A DNA stretch of 64,000 bases from the NCBI GenBank assembly GCA_030324005.1, contig JARDVH010000110.1, positions 27,174,178 to 27,238,177 on the forward strand. The letters run 5' to 3'. Below are positions 63,716 through 64,000 of the stretch, piece after piece (the first letter of the stretch is position 1; every line of letters starts with the position of its first letter). Position numbers and translations under genes: made by a program. The stretch is from Negaprion brevirostris. Its lineage: Eukaryota. Below the pieces are notes generated by a model, which saw only the letters and a list, made by a program, of their open reading frames with translations, ran no database searches and had not been told where the DNA came from.

Positions 63716-64000
63716 TACTAACTTATTAAAAGTTTTTGAGTCAGGGGATCCAGAATAGTGAGACTTTTTATCATGCTGAAAGTCAGACCCTACATGCCGT
63801 TGACAATATCACCTTTTTTTATCACCTCCTTCAGTGTTGTTAACACAGAAGAAGTAACACATGCACTCCATATATTCCTCCACAAGTTCCCCACTTGTGT
63901 CATGGGTTTCATGTTTCCCGAAAAGATGCATAATGGTTTTTTCTTCCCAGAGAAGACTCTTGAATTATGGAGGCAGTCTAGAGAAAAAGAGAATTCTCCT

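Overview
Vertebrate genomic scaffold with many N-gaps. The SINE/LINE complement (HE1/V-SINE-like, Deu-domain SINE, CR1, Penelope-like) points to a cartilaginous fish (shark). The only intact protein-coding gene is a two-exon Msx homeobox gene, best assigned as msx2 (+ strand; CDS 18075-18456 joined to 19096-19520; 268 aa). It sits in an AT-rich but CpG-retaining, nearly transposon-free domain of about 15 kb (~14.6-30.3 kb) that holds candidate TCF/LEF, BMP-Smad and homeodomain regulatory clusters. The flanks are a gene desert of decayed CR1, L2, Rex1/Babar and Penelope-like retroelements, at least three SINE families, Harbinger-type MITEs and a decayed spliced Harbinger Myb/SANT gene. I see no clearly novel biological system. 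The most notable sequence-level observations are a uORF whose stop overlaps the tandem ATGATG start of msx2, a palindromic TCF site pair downstream, one SINE body carrying two different tails, and short Penelope-like hairpin inserts with 10-12 bp target duplications and a hammerhead-core relic. Repeat boundaries were read by eye and are approximate.
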